This document shows positions 1 through 9,832 of a stretch of 64,000 nt of DNA, in pieces; within the stretch, counting starts at the first letter, position 1, and each line of letters starts with the position of its first letter. The stretch covers positions 4,435-68,434 of the forward strand of contig CAJQKT010000036.1 in NCBI GenBank assembly GCA_905478995.1. The letters are read 5' to 3'. The notes under the pieces are model-generated. The model searched no databases and was not told the origin of the DNA. It saw only the letters and a program-made list of their open reading frames with translations. A program made the position numbers and the translations under genes. This stretch comes from an uncultured Pseudomonadales bacterium (lineage in GTDB: Bacteria > Pseudomonadota > Gammaproteobacteria > Pseudomonadales > UBA7434).

Positions 1-1161
1 GATTTTTTTCTGAACCTGCATTTGATTAAAGGCAGGCTCAACCATTTCAATCGGATCTTCAATAGTACAAACGTTTACCTGCTGGGTAGCCAGCTGCTTT
101 AGCGTGGAATAGAGCGTGGTGGTTTTACCCGATCCTGTAGGCCCAGTGACTAACAAGATGCCATTGGGGCGCTGGGTCATAGACTGCCAACGCTCATAGT
201 CATCATCTACCAAACCTAAATTTTCAAAGCTGCGCAACAACACGTCAGGATCAAAAATTCGCATCACCAATTTTTCGCCAAATGCTGTAGGCATAGTCGC
301 AAGACGCAGCTCAACTTCTACACCATCGGGACTCATAGTTTTGATGCGGCCATCTTGCGGCCTGCGCTTTTCGGCCAAGTCCATACGCGCCAAAATCTTT
401 AAACGACTAGTAACCGCATTGATTACCGCAGGCGGTAACTCATAGATCTGGCACAAAACGCCATCTATGCGAAAACGTATATTGCCTTGCTCTCGCCGCG
501 GTTCGATATGAATATCACTGGCGCGCTGATCAAACGCATACTGCAATAACCAATCAACAATATTAACAATATGTTGGTCGTTAGCGTCGGGGTCTTTGAG
601 CTTGCCCAATTCCAGCATTTGTTCAAAATTAGAAATGACGCTACTGCTCGCGCCACCTACAGCCCCGGACACCGAGCTTACTAGTGAATAAAATTCTACG
701 CTATAGCGCGCAATATCGGCTGGATCGGCCACAACGCGCACGATAGGTTTTTTTAAGGCATGAGCAAGATCTTCTTCCCAACCGGTAATAAATGGCTGTG
801 CACTAGCAATTACCACCTGCTCATCATCAACTTCAAGCGCCAAGATCTGATGCCGCTTAGCAAAGGCAAACGACATCACCGCGGTCACTTCGCGGACATC
901 AACCTTCATCGGGTCAATGTGTCTCACCGGCTGAGCCGCGCACTCAGCCAACCAACTAAGTAATGCCGCTATACTCAACTTGTGTCCAGCCCGCTGCCTA
1001 TTCTCGAACTGCTGCTCGGCAATATAGTTAAGTGGGTGTTGCTCAGTTTCAATCTTGTTGCGACGCTGCGAGGTCAGTCGCTGCATGTCGGTACTTGCCA
1101 GCATACCTGCAGCCACTAAATCGTCGAGCAACATGCGCAAAGTTAAAAGGTGCTCGCTCAA
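1..1161 (-). CDS. GspE/PilB/MshE-family secretion or pilus-assembly ATPase, N-terminal part only (3' end lies left of the window)
   Basis: Own minus-strand translation gives an open frame to the window edge. Walker A LLVTGPTGSGKTTT is encoded near 120-165. DIHIEP and RPQDGRI motifs and a T2SSE_N-like N-terminus are present. It is absent from the ORF track because its stop is outside the window. Start taken as TTG 1161, preceded by GGAG; ATG 1134 is the alternative. Confidence 0.8.
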   Translation of the reverse strand, partial: MSEHLLTLRMLLDDLVAAGMLASTDMQRLTSQRRNKIETEQHPLNYIAEQQFENRQRAGHKLSIAALLSWLAECAAQPVRHIDPMKVDVREVTAVMSFAFAKRHQILALEVDDEQVVIASAQPFITGWEEDLAHALKKPIVRVVADPADIARYSVEFYSLVSSVSGAVGGASSSVISNFEQMLELGKLKDPDANDQHIVNIVDWLLQYAFDQRASDIHIEPRREQGNIRFRIDGVLCQIYELPPAVINAVTSRLKILARMDLAEKRRPQDGRIKTMSPDGVEVELRLATMPTAFGEKLVMRIFDPDVLLRSFENLGLVDDDYERWQSMTQRPNGILLVTGPTGSGKTTTLYSTLKQLATQQVNVCTIEDPIEMVEPAFNQMQVQKKI

Positions 1162-1554
1162 AATCAGGGCTCCGTTTGAGTGATTGAATTGAGTCGTTAA
1201 TGTAGGGGCTATTTTTTTCAGCGCGATTGACCACTATCATGCCAAAAATAAGCGGAAGCATGCGCCCCATGTGTTTAAAGTGTAGCTCGTTAGAGCATGA
1301 CTGTCTGCGGAGTAAAGCCCGACAAAAACCGAATTTTACGGGTAAACTGTGCATAAATTCGACGAAAGACGAGCGGCATGCTCAGCAATAATATTTAACC
1401 TCTTGCAACCAGTTGCTATTTCCTTGATTGATTTATCGCCATAACTACTCTGCCTCTACTTTCGCAAATTGATGGTTCTTGGTACGCTGCAGGGCGACTA
1501 ATTGCGGTATTCGATCTTCGCCCTCCAATACCGCTTTAATTAAAGAAGGCACCA

Positions 1555-2697
1555 ATGAAACCGCTCTTATTTACCGACTTGCTCGGCCAATTAATCGCGC
1601 AACCGTCAATATCTAGCGCCAATCCGGCCTTAGATGTTTCGAATCGCCCAGTCATCGATCTATTAGCCAATTGCCTGCAGGAATTAGGCTTTAGCATTGA
1701 GATTCAGGAGCTACCTGGCAACAAAGCCAATCTCATCGCCACACTGGGCAGCGGCCCTCATGGCCTTGTATTGGCAGGGCATACCGATACCGTGCCCTGT
1801 GACGCCCCACTCTGGGCATCCGACCCCTTTGCCCTCACCGATCGTGATCAACGGTTTTATGGTTTGGGCACTACCGATATGAAAGGCTTTTTTGCTGTCG
1901 CTATCGAGGCAATTAAAGATCTCGACCTGCAAACGCTCCGCCAACCGCTAATTATTTTAGCGACTGCTGATGAAGAGTCGAGCATGGCCGGTGCGCGAGC
2001 GCTCACACAAGCTAAAACGTTGCAGGCGCGATATGCCATTGTGGGTGAGCCTACGAACCTCAAACCGGTTCGCATGCATAAAGGCGTCATGATGGAGTCA
2101 GTGCGACTGCAAGGGCAATCCGGGCACTCTTCGAATCCTGCGCTAGGGCGCAGCGCACTCGACGCAATGCACTTGGTCATCGCAGAACTCATGCAATTGC
2201 GTCAACAGTGGGGCAAGCGCTATCAAAATCCGGCCTTTGATGTAGCCGTGCCCACCCTCAATTTGGCAAGCATTCATGGCGGTGATGCACCCAACCGGAT
2301 TTGCCAACACTGTGAACTACGGTTTGACGTGCGGCTATTGCCGGGCATGCAAAATGATGAGGTTCGACATTCAGTGAGGCAAGCGATCGACAGCAGCCTC
2401 ATAGGGTCTGGTATCACGGCCAACTGCGAATCGCTCTTTGCTGGGGTAGAAGCATTCATAGAGCCAGCCGAGCACGAACTCATCCAAACCGTTGAGCGGC
2501 TAACCGGCTATAGTTCAGGAAGCGCCAACTTCGCAACCGAGGCACCGTTTTTGCAATCGCTGGGTATGCAAACCGTTGTGCTAGGCCCAGGCTCTATTGA
2601 TTGCGCTCACCAGGCAAACGAATACTTAGCCCATGATCAAATAAAACCGGCCATTGCGTTACTCAAAAACCTTATTGGCACCTACTGCATTAACTAA
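1555..2697 (+). CDS. argE: acetylornithine deacetylase (M20 peptidase family)
   Basis: 380 aa with LAGHTDTVP and GTTDMKG M20 motifs, the expected length, and a position directly upstream of argA. Confidence 0.85.
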   Translation: MKPLLFTDLLGQLIAQPSISSANPALDVSNRPVIDLLANCLQELGFSIEIQELPGNKANLIATLGSGPHGLVLAGHTDTVPCDAPLWASDPFALTDRDQRFYGLGTTDMKGFFAVAIEAIKDLDLQTLRQPLIILATADEESSMAGARALTQAKTLQARYAIVGEPTNLKPVRMHKGVMMESVRLQGQSGHSSNPALGRSALDAMHLVIAELMQLRQQWGKRYQNPAFDVAVPTLNLASIHGGDAPNRICQHCELRFDVRLLPGMQNDEVRHSVRQAIDSSLIGSGITANCESLFAGVEAFIEPAEHELIQTVERLTGYSSGSANFATEAPFLQSLGMQTVVLGPGSIDCAHQANEYLAHDQIKPAIALLKNLIGTYCIN

Positions 2698-2720
2698 CAT
2701 TTATCGCTGAGCCTTGTGCT

Positions 2721-4067
2721 ATGTCCAACTTAAACGAACCGGCTGATCAACCCGCACCAGAACATAAGCTGGTGCACTGGTTTCGTCATGCAACACCGTA
2801 CATTAACGAACATCGTGGCAAAACGTTTGTTTTAATGATGGGCGGCGATGCCGTTGAATCCGACGGCTTGCGTAATATCATTCACGATATCGTGTTGCTT
2901 AACAGCCTGGGCGTTCGCATTGTCATTATTCATGGTGTGCGCAAACAACTAGACGAACAGCTAATTAAGAGCGGTATAAAAAGTCAGTTTGTACGTAGCT
3001 GGCGGGTAACCGATAAAGCGGCACTAGATGCAGCTATTCAAGCATGCAGCCTTGTTCGCGCCCAGCTGGAAACGTGGCTTTCAATGGGCTTACCTAACTC
3101 TCCCATGCATGGTGCCAAAGTTCGCGTAGCATCAGGCAATGTCATCACCGCCAAACCGGCAGGTGTCATTGATGGCGTCGATTTACAGCATGCCGGCTTA
3201 GTTAGAAAATTTGATACCGATTCAATTAACACGCTACTAGAGCTGGGCAATATTGTTTTATTATCGCCACTAGGCTATTCGCCGGCAGGAGAGGCGTTCA
3301 GCCTAGCCTACGATGATGTTGCGAGCGAGTTGGCTGTTGCCCTTGGCGCTGAAAAATTAATTATTTTTTGTGAGCCCGGCGGATTGCTCTATCAAGAAAA
3401 CGTTTTATTGCGAGAGCTGTCTCTAGTACAAGCTGAGCAATTGCTCGACCAAGCCAAATCGGCTCCAAGCCACTTAAAAGCAGCTATACATGCCGTGAAA
3501 CATCACGTGCCTCGCGCACATCTTCTCAACTTTAATAACGACGGAGCACTACTCGAAGAACTTTTCACCGTTGATGGTGCAGGTACTTTAATTTCACAAC
3601 GCAATTTCGAGTCGGTCCGACTAGCAACCGAGGCTGATATACCTGCTATTCTCGACATCATTGAACCCCTAGAAAGGAGCGGTGTGCTAGTCAAAAGAAA
3701 TCGCGAAAAACTAACCGCTGAAATTCGTCACTTCACACTCATTGAACGCGAAGGCTTACTGGTGGCACTAGCCGCCCTCTACCCTTATTCTTCATCTGAA
3801 GAAAATAGCGCAAGCATCGGCGAAATCGCCTGCATTGCGACGCACCCCGACTATCGTAATGATGCGCGCGGTAAGAAACTACTGCAAACAATAGAAGTAA
3901 GCGCTAAAGAGATCGGTATAAAAAAATTGTTTGTGCTGACAACGCAAACAACGCACTGGTTTATAGAGCAAGGTTTTGAGGAAGGATCTCTGGACGACTT
4001 ACCAAAGCAAAAGCAATTGCTTTACAACTACCAACGCAACTCTAAGGTCTTTACTAAAAAAATATAA
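2721..4067 (+). CDS. argA: amino-acid N-acetyltransferase (N-acetylglutamate synthase)
   Basis: 448 aa with an N-terminal amino-acid-kinase fold (GKTFVLMMGG) and a C-terminal GNAT domain, which is the classical ArgA architecture and length. Confidence 0.9.
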   Translation: MSNLNEPADQPAPEHKLVHWFRHATPYINEHRGKTFVLMMGGDAVESDGLRNIIHDIVLLNSLGVRIVIIHGVRKQLDEQLIKSGIKSQFVRSWRVTDKAALDAAIQACSLVRAQLETWLSMGLPNSPMHGAKVRVASGNVITAKPAGVIDGVDLQHAGLVRKFDTDSINTLLELGNIVLLSPLGYSPAGEAFSLAYDDVASELAVALGAEKLIIFCEPGGLLYQENVLLRELSLVQAEQLLDQAKSAPSHLKAAIHAVKHHVPRAHLLNFNNDGALLEELFTVDGAGTLISQRNFESVRLATEADIPAILDIIEPLERSGVLVKRNREKLTAEIRHFTLIEREGLLVALAALYPYSSSEENSASIGEIACIATHPDYRNDARGKKLLQTIEVSAKEIGIKKLFVLTTQTTHWFIEQGFEEGSLDDLPKQKQLLYNYQRNSKVFTKKI

Positions 4068-4097
4068 TTTTAATTATTTTTTATATCACGAAAATGA

Positions 4098-4811
4098 TTA
4101 GACCAAGTCTTTTGGCTTTCGTGAAAAGTTTCTGCGATGAAGTTGTTTTGGCTCAGATGGCACCAGCGAAAGCTCAACCGGGCCTGGGGTGGCACTAGTC
4201 ATGGGCTTTTTGTAGCTATTCTCAAGTGCAGATCCATATAAAAACTCTTCGACAGCTTCAAAATCTGCACCTGCAGTATCGACCAAAACAGGGCGGGCAT
4301 TTTTAGTATTATCCACTGACTGCAAACCAAAGGAGCTCTGTGTGGTCTTCACGGTTGATTTCAACTCTGCCAACTCTAACTCTTTTTTTACCAGTTGCAT
4401 CTTCTGAGTTTCAAGCTGCAGCTTTTTGTAGTCTAACAATATTTTCTTTCTCGAAAGCTCCCGCTGCGCTTTACTCAGCTTATTCTTATATGCATGCATA
4501 TCGGCTGAAACATCCGGGCTGACTGTAGGTTGGTCGGTGCGAAGCGTCCATGGCGCCGCACTAGGCTCGCGAGCACTTTTTGGCTGCTCCACCTCTTGCT
4601 GCAGCTTATAGGCATTTTTTTTCTCTGCTACCTTTTTTCGCAATGCATCAACTAAATGATTCTCAGAGTTTGAGAAAATTTTGCTTTCGACAGGCACTAC
4701 GGGCTCCAGCTGGGCAAGACATAAAGTACATTGCATAACAATACCGCTGGCCTGTGTAGCGATAGCAGCAGACACTTCTTCAGTTTTACATTCAGGACAG
4801 CTCACAGACAT
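4098..4811 (-). CDS. hypothetical protein with N-terminal CxxC...CxxC zinc ribbon and central coiled coil
   Basis: 237 aa. The N-terminus is MSVSCPECK...MQCTLCLAQL. A K/E/Q/L-rich heptad-like segment follows (KLSKAQRELSRKKILLDYKKLQLETQKMQLVKKELELAELK). I recognise no family. Confidence 0.5.
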   Translation of the reverse strand: MSVSCPECKTEEVSAAIATQASGIVMQCTLCLAQLEPVVPVESKIFSNSENHLVDALRKKVAEKKNAYKLQQEVEQPKSAREPSAAPWTLRTDQPTVSPDVSADMHAYKNKLSKAQRELSRKKILLDYKKLQLETQKMQLVKKELELAELKSTVKTTQSSFGLQSVDNTKNARPVLVDTAGADFEAVEEFLYGSALENSYKKPMTSATPGPVELSLVPSEPKQLHRRNFSRKPKDLV

Positions 4812-5103
4812 CGTATTTTCACTTTTTGTCGTTGGTTAGCGCAATGATTCAACCAGCAGAAGCATCTTTGAAGGAAGCGAAAATATCTAAACAAAGCGCT
4901 TCACTGTGGTTTCGTCAACTTTGTCTTGCAAGGAGCAAAATAGATACCAAACTAAAAATATCAATAAAAAACATGGGCTTAAATAAATTCTGGCTGGTTA
5001 AAAAAAGACCAGCTCCGCAAAGTGTAAGGCTAGCCGACACCTCTCATTGAGCTTTATACGCCAGCAAAACGCCCCCTACCATGCCACACAAAGCGCTATG
5101 TCT

Positions 5104-7116
5104 TTAGGCACCATGCATAAGGCGAGGCATTGGACAATCCAAACTTAAGGCAATAGCACGAAGTAATTGCAGCTCTAAAGGCTGCACGACATTATCGTGG
5201 GTGACTGCCGTCGCCAATGCTTTTAACACGCGCGGCTTTTGCAACGGGCGCAATGTATTTAACAAAGCCAGTGCCTGCGTAAAAGTATCGAGCGTAATGG
5301 CCTGACGATTCACAAGGCGTAAATGCATCAAGCCCAATTTTTTGGCAGCGGCATCAAAGCATGCACTTACAGCCAATTCACTGTTTTGGTTTTTTATAGT
5401 GGTATTTTCAAATATATTTTCATAGACCCCAGCGTAACTAACAACTGAGAGGATCGTGCCCAAAGATCGACCGAGCATTTTGATATTACTAACCTGATTA
5501 AAAGCTCGAGCAGTTGATTTTACCGGCCATAAATTAATGCGAACGATGTTATAAAGCGACCATTCCAGCAGCTCAATTTTATTATCTGCATGAATAAGCT
5601 CGATAATAACTTCATCAAAGGCTCTAAGCTGTCGAGGACTTAATTGTTTAAGGACCGGCAATGCTAAATCTAAAACATCCAAGAACACGCCTTTATCGGT
5701 GAGTTCATGCTGCAGTGCCCGCACCATATCAGCAGTTAGGGCATCGCAGTGACTTGAGATGATAGACAGCTGCTTAGTACGGATAATTTCACAGCTATCC
5801 AGCAGCAAACAATAAACGAGTGCTCTCGCACCGTAACTTTCATGTGCAGCGTCAACAACGGGGGTTGGCAGCGTAGCGAGCAACTCTCGGGCAAACGCCT
5901 GCTGTGCCAACGTGATTTCGCCACCCACATTCGCGATACTCTCAGTGAGCAGCGCGCCCTCAATGGGCTGGCTATACAAGGCATGCGAGCCGGCAAATCC
6001 TGCAATGCGGCCATCAATATTTTGGTCTCCTACTGGGCGGTTACCTTCCATCTCAGCGGTCACAGGCGCGACCCAGCCACGATCAATACGCGCAATCCGC
6101 TCAGCTAATGGCGGATGAGTTGCAAACAAACCATTCCAAAAAAAAGACACCGCCTGGCCAAAAAACATATGGCTAGCTTCATGTGCTTCGGGATGGATGA
6201 TTTTAGAACCCTCGCTGAAGCCCCCAATTTTTTTCAAGGCATTGCCAATACCTCCAGGATCACGAGTAAACTGAACAGCCGATGCATCAGCAAGAAATTC
6301 ACGCTGCCGACTCACTGCGCTTTTGATCAAGTTACCGAAAAAAGTGCCTGCATAACCGATGACCATCAATCCGCCGCCAAGCGCCATAAATGGCACGGCG
6401 CTATTTTTGCTACCCGACCGACCGCGCATCATTGCGCCCCGCGATGCCACCCTCAACATGTAATAACCAACGCCACCGATGACTAAAATACCGTAAAGGA
6501 TACCAATCAAACGCATATTCAAACGCATATCACCGTTGAAAATATGACTAAATTCATGCGCAATCACACCCTGCAACTCGCTGCGATCGAGCTGCTCAAT
6601 GGCTCCTTGAGTAACACCAATTGCAGCATTTTGCGGTGTAGTACCCGCTGCAAAAGCGTTAATCGCAGCCTCATCAAGCACGTAAACCGGCGGCACGGGC
6701 GTGCCTGAGGCAATGGCCATTTCCTCAACAATGTTAAGCAGTGTTTTCTCGGACGCATTGCGGCTATTCATATTAATTAACCGACCTCCCATTGCATCTG
6801 CTACAACTGAGCCGCCGGCCGACAACTGGCTTAACTTGTAAGTGCTACCTAGCAGCACCACCGACAAAACCACCAAAAAAATGCCTCCAACAGTTTCAAA
6901 TGGAAGCATTTGCAAGCTATACAGAAGTGACTGACTATCGTAGCTCGGCAGGCCAGTAGCACCTTGCGAACCGATACTAGAAGACTGGGTTAAAGCGAAA
7001 AAGAGGGCAACCAATACGCAGCTGGCAAACACCAAACATAAAACAGCCAGTGAAAAAAGCAGCACCAACAAACCGGTTCGTTTGCGTGCGCGATCTTGTT
7101 GTTCAAAAAAATTCAT
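5104..7116 (-). CDS. membrane M48-family (HtpX/Ste24-like) zinc metallopeptidase with ~300-aa C-terminal extension
   Basis: 670 aa with HEFSHIFNGD (HExxH), a downstream REFLADASAV third-ligand motif, and THPPLAERI. Four hydrophobic segments flank the catalytic region. It starts 9 bp downstream of lemA. Confidence 0.8.
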   Translation of the reverse strand: MNFFEQQDRARKRTGLLVLLFSLAVLCLVFASCVLVALFFALTQSSSIGSQGATGLPSYDSQSLLYSLQMLPFETVGGIFLVVLSVVLLGSTYKLSQLSAGGSVVADAMGGRLINMNSRNASEKTLLNIVEEMAIASGTPVPPVYVLDEAAINAFAAGTTPQNAAIGVTQGAIEQLDRSELQGVIAHEFSHIFNGDMRLNMRLIGILYGILVIGGVGYYMLRVASRGAMMRGRSGSKNSAVPFMALGGGLMVIGYAGTFFGNLIKSAVSRQREFLADASAVQFTRDPGGIGNALKKIGGFSEGSKIIHPEAHEASHMFFGQAVSFFWNGLFATHPPLAERIARIDRGWVAPVTAEMEGNRPVGDQNIDGRIAGFAGSHALYSQPIEGALLTESIANVGGEITLAQQAFARELLATLPTPVVDAAHESYGARALVYCLLLDSCEIIRTKQLSIISSHCDALTADMVRALQHELTDKGVFLDVLDLALPVLKQLSPRQLRAFDEVIIELIHADNKIELLEWSLYNIVRINLWPVKSTARAFNQVSNIKMLGRSLGTILSVVSYAGVYENIFENTTIKNQNSELAVSACFDAAAKKLGLMHLRLVNRQAITLDTFTQALALLNTLRPLQKPRVLKALATAVTHDNVVQPLELQLLRAIALSLDCPMPRLMHGA

Positions 7117-7125
7117 AAAAAATAC

Positions 7126-7722
7126 TTAAAAACTTACTTCGGGCGCAGCTTGTATAGCTGCGCTATCTGCAAACTCAAGCAACTCAGCATCTTGCGCATG
7201 ACCAAAAGTCGCTGCAAATATTACTGGGGGAAAGCTCTGTCTAAATTCGTTATACAGTGTCACCCCATCATTAAAAGCCTGCCGAGAAAAAGCAACGCGG
7301 TTTTCAGTAGAGGTTAGCTCCTCTGATAGGCCCATCATATTTTCATTGGCTTTTAGCTCGGGATAAGCTTCCACAACCACATTAAATTTTGCCATGGCCC
7401 CAGCCAAAGCACCTTCGGCACCAATCAAATCTTTCATAGCGGCCGCGCCGCCAGGATTAGCCGCCGCTGCTGCCAAGCCATCTTGCGCTGCATTGCGAGC
7501 ATTAACCACAGCCTCAAGCGTTTCGCGTTCATGCGCCATATATTTTTTTGCCACTTCAATCAGATTGGGAATGAGGTCGTAACGACGCTTCAACTGCACT
7601 TCAATTTGCGCGAATGCATTTTTATATCGATTTTTATACGAAACCAGCTTGTTATAAATCGATACAATATAAAAAAACAGTGCTGCGCTCAGCACTAACA
7701 CGACAATCGTTGCGGTAGACAT
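7126..7722 (-). CDS. lemA: LemA family protein
   Basis: 198 aa with an N-terminal TM helix followed by YNKLV...KNAFAQIEVQLKRRYDLIPNLIE, the typical LemA signature. Confidence 0.85.
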   Translation of the reverse strand: MSTATIVVLVLSAALFFYIVSIYNKLVSYKNRYKNAFAQIEVQLKRRYDLIPNLIEVAKKYMAHERETLEAVVNARNAAQDGLAAAAANPGGAAAMKDLIGAEGALAGAMAKFNVVVEAYPELKANENMMGLSEELTSTENRVAFSRQAFNDGVTLYNEFRQSFPPVIFAATFGHAQDAELLEFADSAAIQAAPEVSF

Positions 7723-7907
7723 GGTTAACTCTCCTTTCGAGGTTTAAACTAATAGATAGCGTCTTGCGAACCCAATGTGGCAGGCTATTGTGGGGGTGAG
7801 CCAACTTCACCCAATAACCGAGCAAAGCAAAGCTTGGCTCAGTAGCTTAAACTAGTTGAGTAACAATAACATGTTCGCATTTTACAATACTTCAATAGCG
7901 AATCTTT

Positions 7908-8252
7908 ATGGCTAAAATAATTATTTATGTTGCGGGCATGCTCGCACTTAATTTTACAGACTTCAGGCATGAGAATGCTTTTTATAGCCTTTTTTTGCCG
8001 ATTATCGATTTATTTTTCTTGGCTTTTTTATGGCTCGAGGTGGTTTTTTATTTTTCAATCCTAGGCTTTTCTAAAGATGAATATAATGTATTCGATTTGG
8101 GGCGCGATATTATTGACTTACGGTTGGACATAGCAGAGTTTGGTTTACTCAGCGCGGTTATTACTCTTGCGATCGCAATAATCGATGCCTCATTGCTGTT
8201 TGTTGCGCTGGTCTTTGCGGTAGAGCAAATCATCGATCTAGTATTGCTATGA
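7908..8252 (+). CDS. hypothetical small membrane protein (about 3 TM segments)
   Basis: 114-aa ORF, F/L/I-rich and locally AT-rich. No recognisable family and no clear Shine-Dalgarno sequence, so coding status is uncertain. Confidence 0.35.
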   Translation: MAKIIIYVAGMLALNFTDFRHENAFYSLFLPIIDLFFLAFLWLEVVFYFSILGFSKDEYNVFDLGRDIIDLRLDIAEFGLLSAVITLAIAIIDASLLFVALVFAVEQIIDLVLL

Positions 8253-8413
8253 TTCTATACAACGGCTCTAACTAACTACGCATTCAAAAGTCGGCCTAAT
8301 AGGGGCGCAGTCGATCAAGAGATGGCAAGATCGATATACTGCAGATAGAATCCGACAATGCAGGAACAAAGTCGGGCAAACATCTAATCATTGCGTGGAG
8401 CGACCGTTAAGCC

Positions 8414-8971
8414 ATGTCACCGCCTGCAAACAACAATAGCCCTTCAAGCCAGCTCACACAGACCAATATAATTTTAGTTGGCATGCCCGGAGCCGGTAAA
8501 AGTACCGTTGGGAAACTGCTGGCTAAAGAAATGAACTGGGCATTTTTAGATACGGATCGGTTGATTGAAGAAAGTGAAAAAAGCAGCCTGCAAAAGCTCG
8601 TCGATACTGATGGATACACATACCTACGTAGTATTGAGGAACATATATTGAGTACACTAGGTGGCCAGCAGCAAGTTATTGCCACCGGCGGAAGTGCCAT
8701 TTACAGCCAACAGGGCATGCAACACTTGCACATGATGGGGCCAGTTATTTACTTAGAAATTTCCGAAGGCACCATGCTCAAACGACTACAAGGTCATGCC
8801 GGACAAAATCGAGGCCTGGCTAAACCTCTCGATCAGTCGCTACATGAACTATATACGGAGCGCCAAGCACTCTACCGCTATGCCGCCCAGAAAACGGTTA
8901 ACTGTGACAATAAAGATGCCTTGCAAGTATGCGAAAACATTTATCGCTTACTAACAACAACCAAAAATTAG
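8414..8971 (+). CDS. shikimate kinase family protein (AroK/AroL-like paralogue)
   Basis: 185 aa with P-loop LVGMPGAGKSTVGKLLA, then FLDTD and ATGGSAI, laid out as in shikimate kinases. Confidence 0.65.
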   Translation: MSPPANNNSPSSQLTQTNIILVGMPGAGKSTVGKLLAKEMNWAFLDTDRLIEESEKSSLQKLVDTDGYTYLRSIEEHILSTLGGQQQVIATGGSAIYSQQGMQHLHMMGPVIYLEISEGTMLKRLQGHAGQNRGLAKPLDQSLHELYTERQALYRYAAQKTVNCDNKDALQVCENIYRLLTTTKN

Positions 8972-9035
8972 CCCGAGGGAGCCTGCCGTCACGCTGTCTG
9001 CTCGCCTTTAATATCTTGGATGTTGCCTCAAGACC

Positions 9036-9779
9036 ATGAATAAAATGGTGCGTACGATGACTTCAACACAAGCTTACAAGAACTTCAAAGCGATTGATGA
9101 GCATGACATGAAACGTTTACTTTGCACGCGATGCTCACACCCCACAACCACCTGCTACTGTCATACACTGCAGTCAGTTACTAATGATTGGCCAGTACTA
9201 ATTTTACAGCATCCTAACGAAGCTAAGCACGCCCTGGGCACCGCTCGCATTGCTGCATTGAGCTTGACCAATTGCCAGCTGTTCACCGCTACAGCACCTG
9301 AAAACTCTCCGACATTGCTCGCGCAATTAACCGTAAACGACACTTTAGTCGTCTATCCCAGCGCGGATGCGATAGAGCTCAGCGAATTGCTAGCCAAACA
9401 GCCCATCGCGCCATTAAATCACTTACAACCTACAACGACACCTTCACCCTACTATCAATTATTATTTTTAGATGGTACTTGGCGAAAAACCCGACGAATG
9501 CTTTATGAATCGCCGTTATTACAACAATTGCCAAAGTTAACTTTCACGCCCAATCAGACTCAGCTCAGTCGCTATCGGATTCGCAAAGCACCCAGCGTAA
9601 ATTATTTATCAACTGTTGAGTCTATTGCGCTAGTTCTGGAAAGGCTTGAGAAAAACGTCAACAAGTATCAAGGTTTACTGAGCACACAAGCATGGATGGT
9701 CGAGAAGCAGATTAGCGCCATGGGGCCGGCGACTTACGGAAAAAACTATACCGCGCAAAATGAAGCTGGTTCGGAGTGA
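9036..9779 (+). CDS. DTW-domain protein (tRNA-uridine aminocarboxypropyltransferase family, YfiP/TapT-like)
   Basis: 247 aa with an N-terminal Cys cluster (CTRCSHPTTTCYC) and the FLDGTWRKTRRM DTW motif. The start is uncertain (M1, M4 or M8). Confidence 0.75.
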   Translation: MNKMVRTMTSTQAYKNFKAIDEHDMKRLLCTRCSHPTTTCYCHTLQSVTNDWPVLILQHPNEAKHALGTARIAALSLTNCQLFTATAPENSPTLLAQLTVNDTLVVYPSADAIELSELLAKQPIAPLNHLQPTTTPSPYYQLLFLDGTWRKTRRMLYESPLLQQLPKLTFTPNQTQLSRYRIRKAPSVNYLSTVESIALVLERLEKNVNKYQGLLSTQAWMVEKQISAMGPATYGKNYTAQNEAGSE

Positions 9780-9832
9780 ACAAGAAAGCCAATGAGACAA
9801 CATTGGCAAAACAACGTCGGCCAAAAAAGTAT

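Noticed and set aside
4993-5013. GCTGGT-N9-ACCAGC hairpin after the M48 gene, considered as a terminator.
   Set aside because: The stem is only 6 bp, and on the relevant (minus) strand the T run is inside the loop rather than after the stem.
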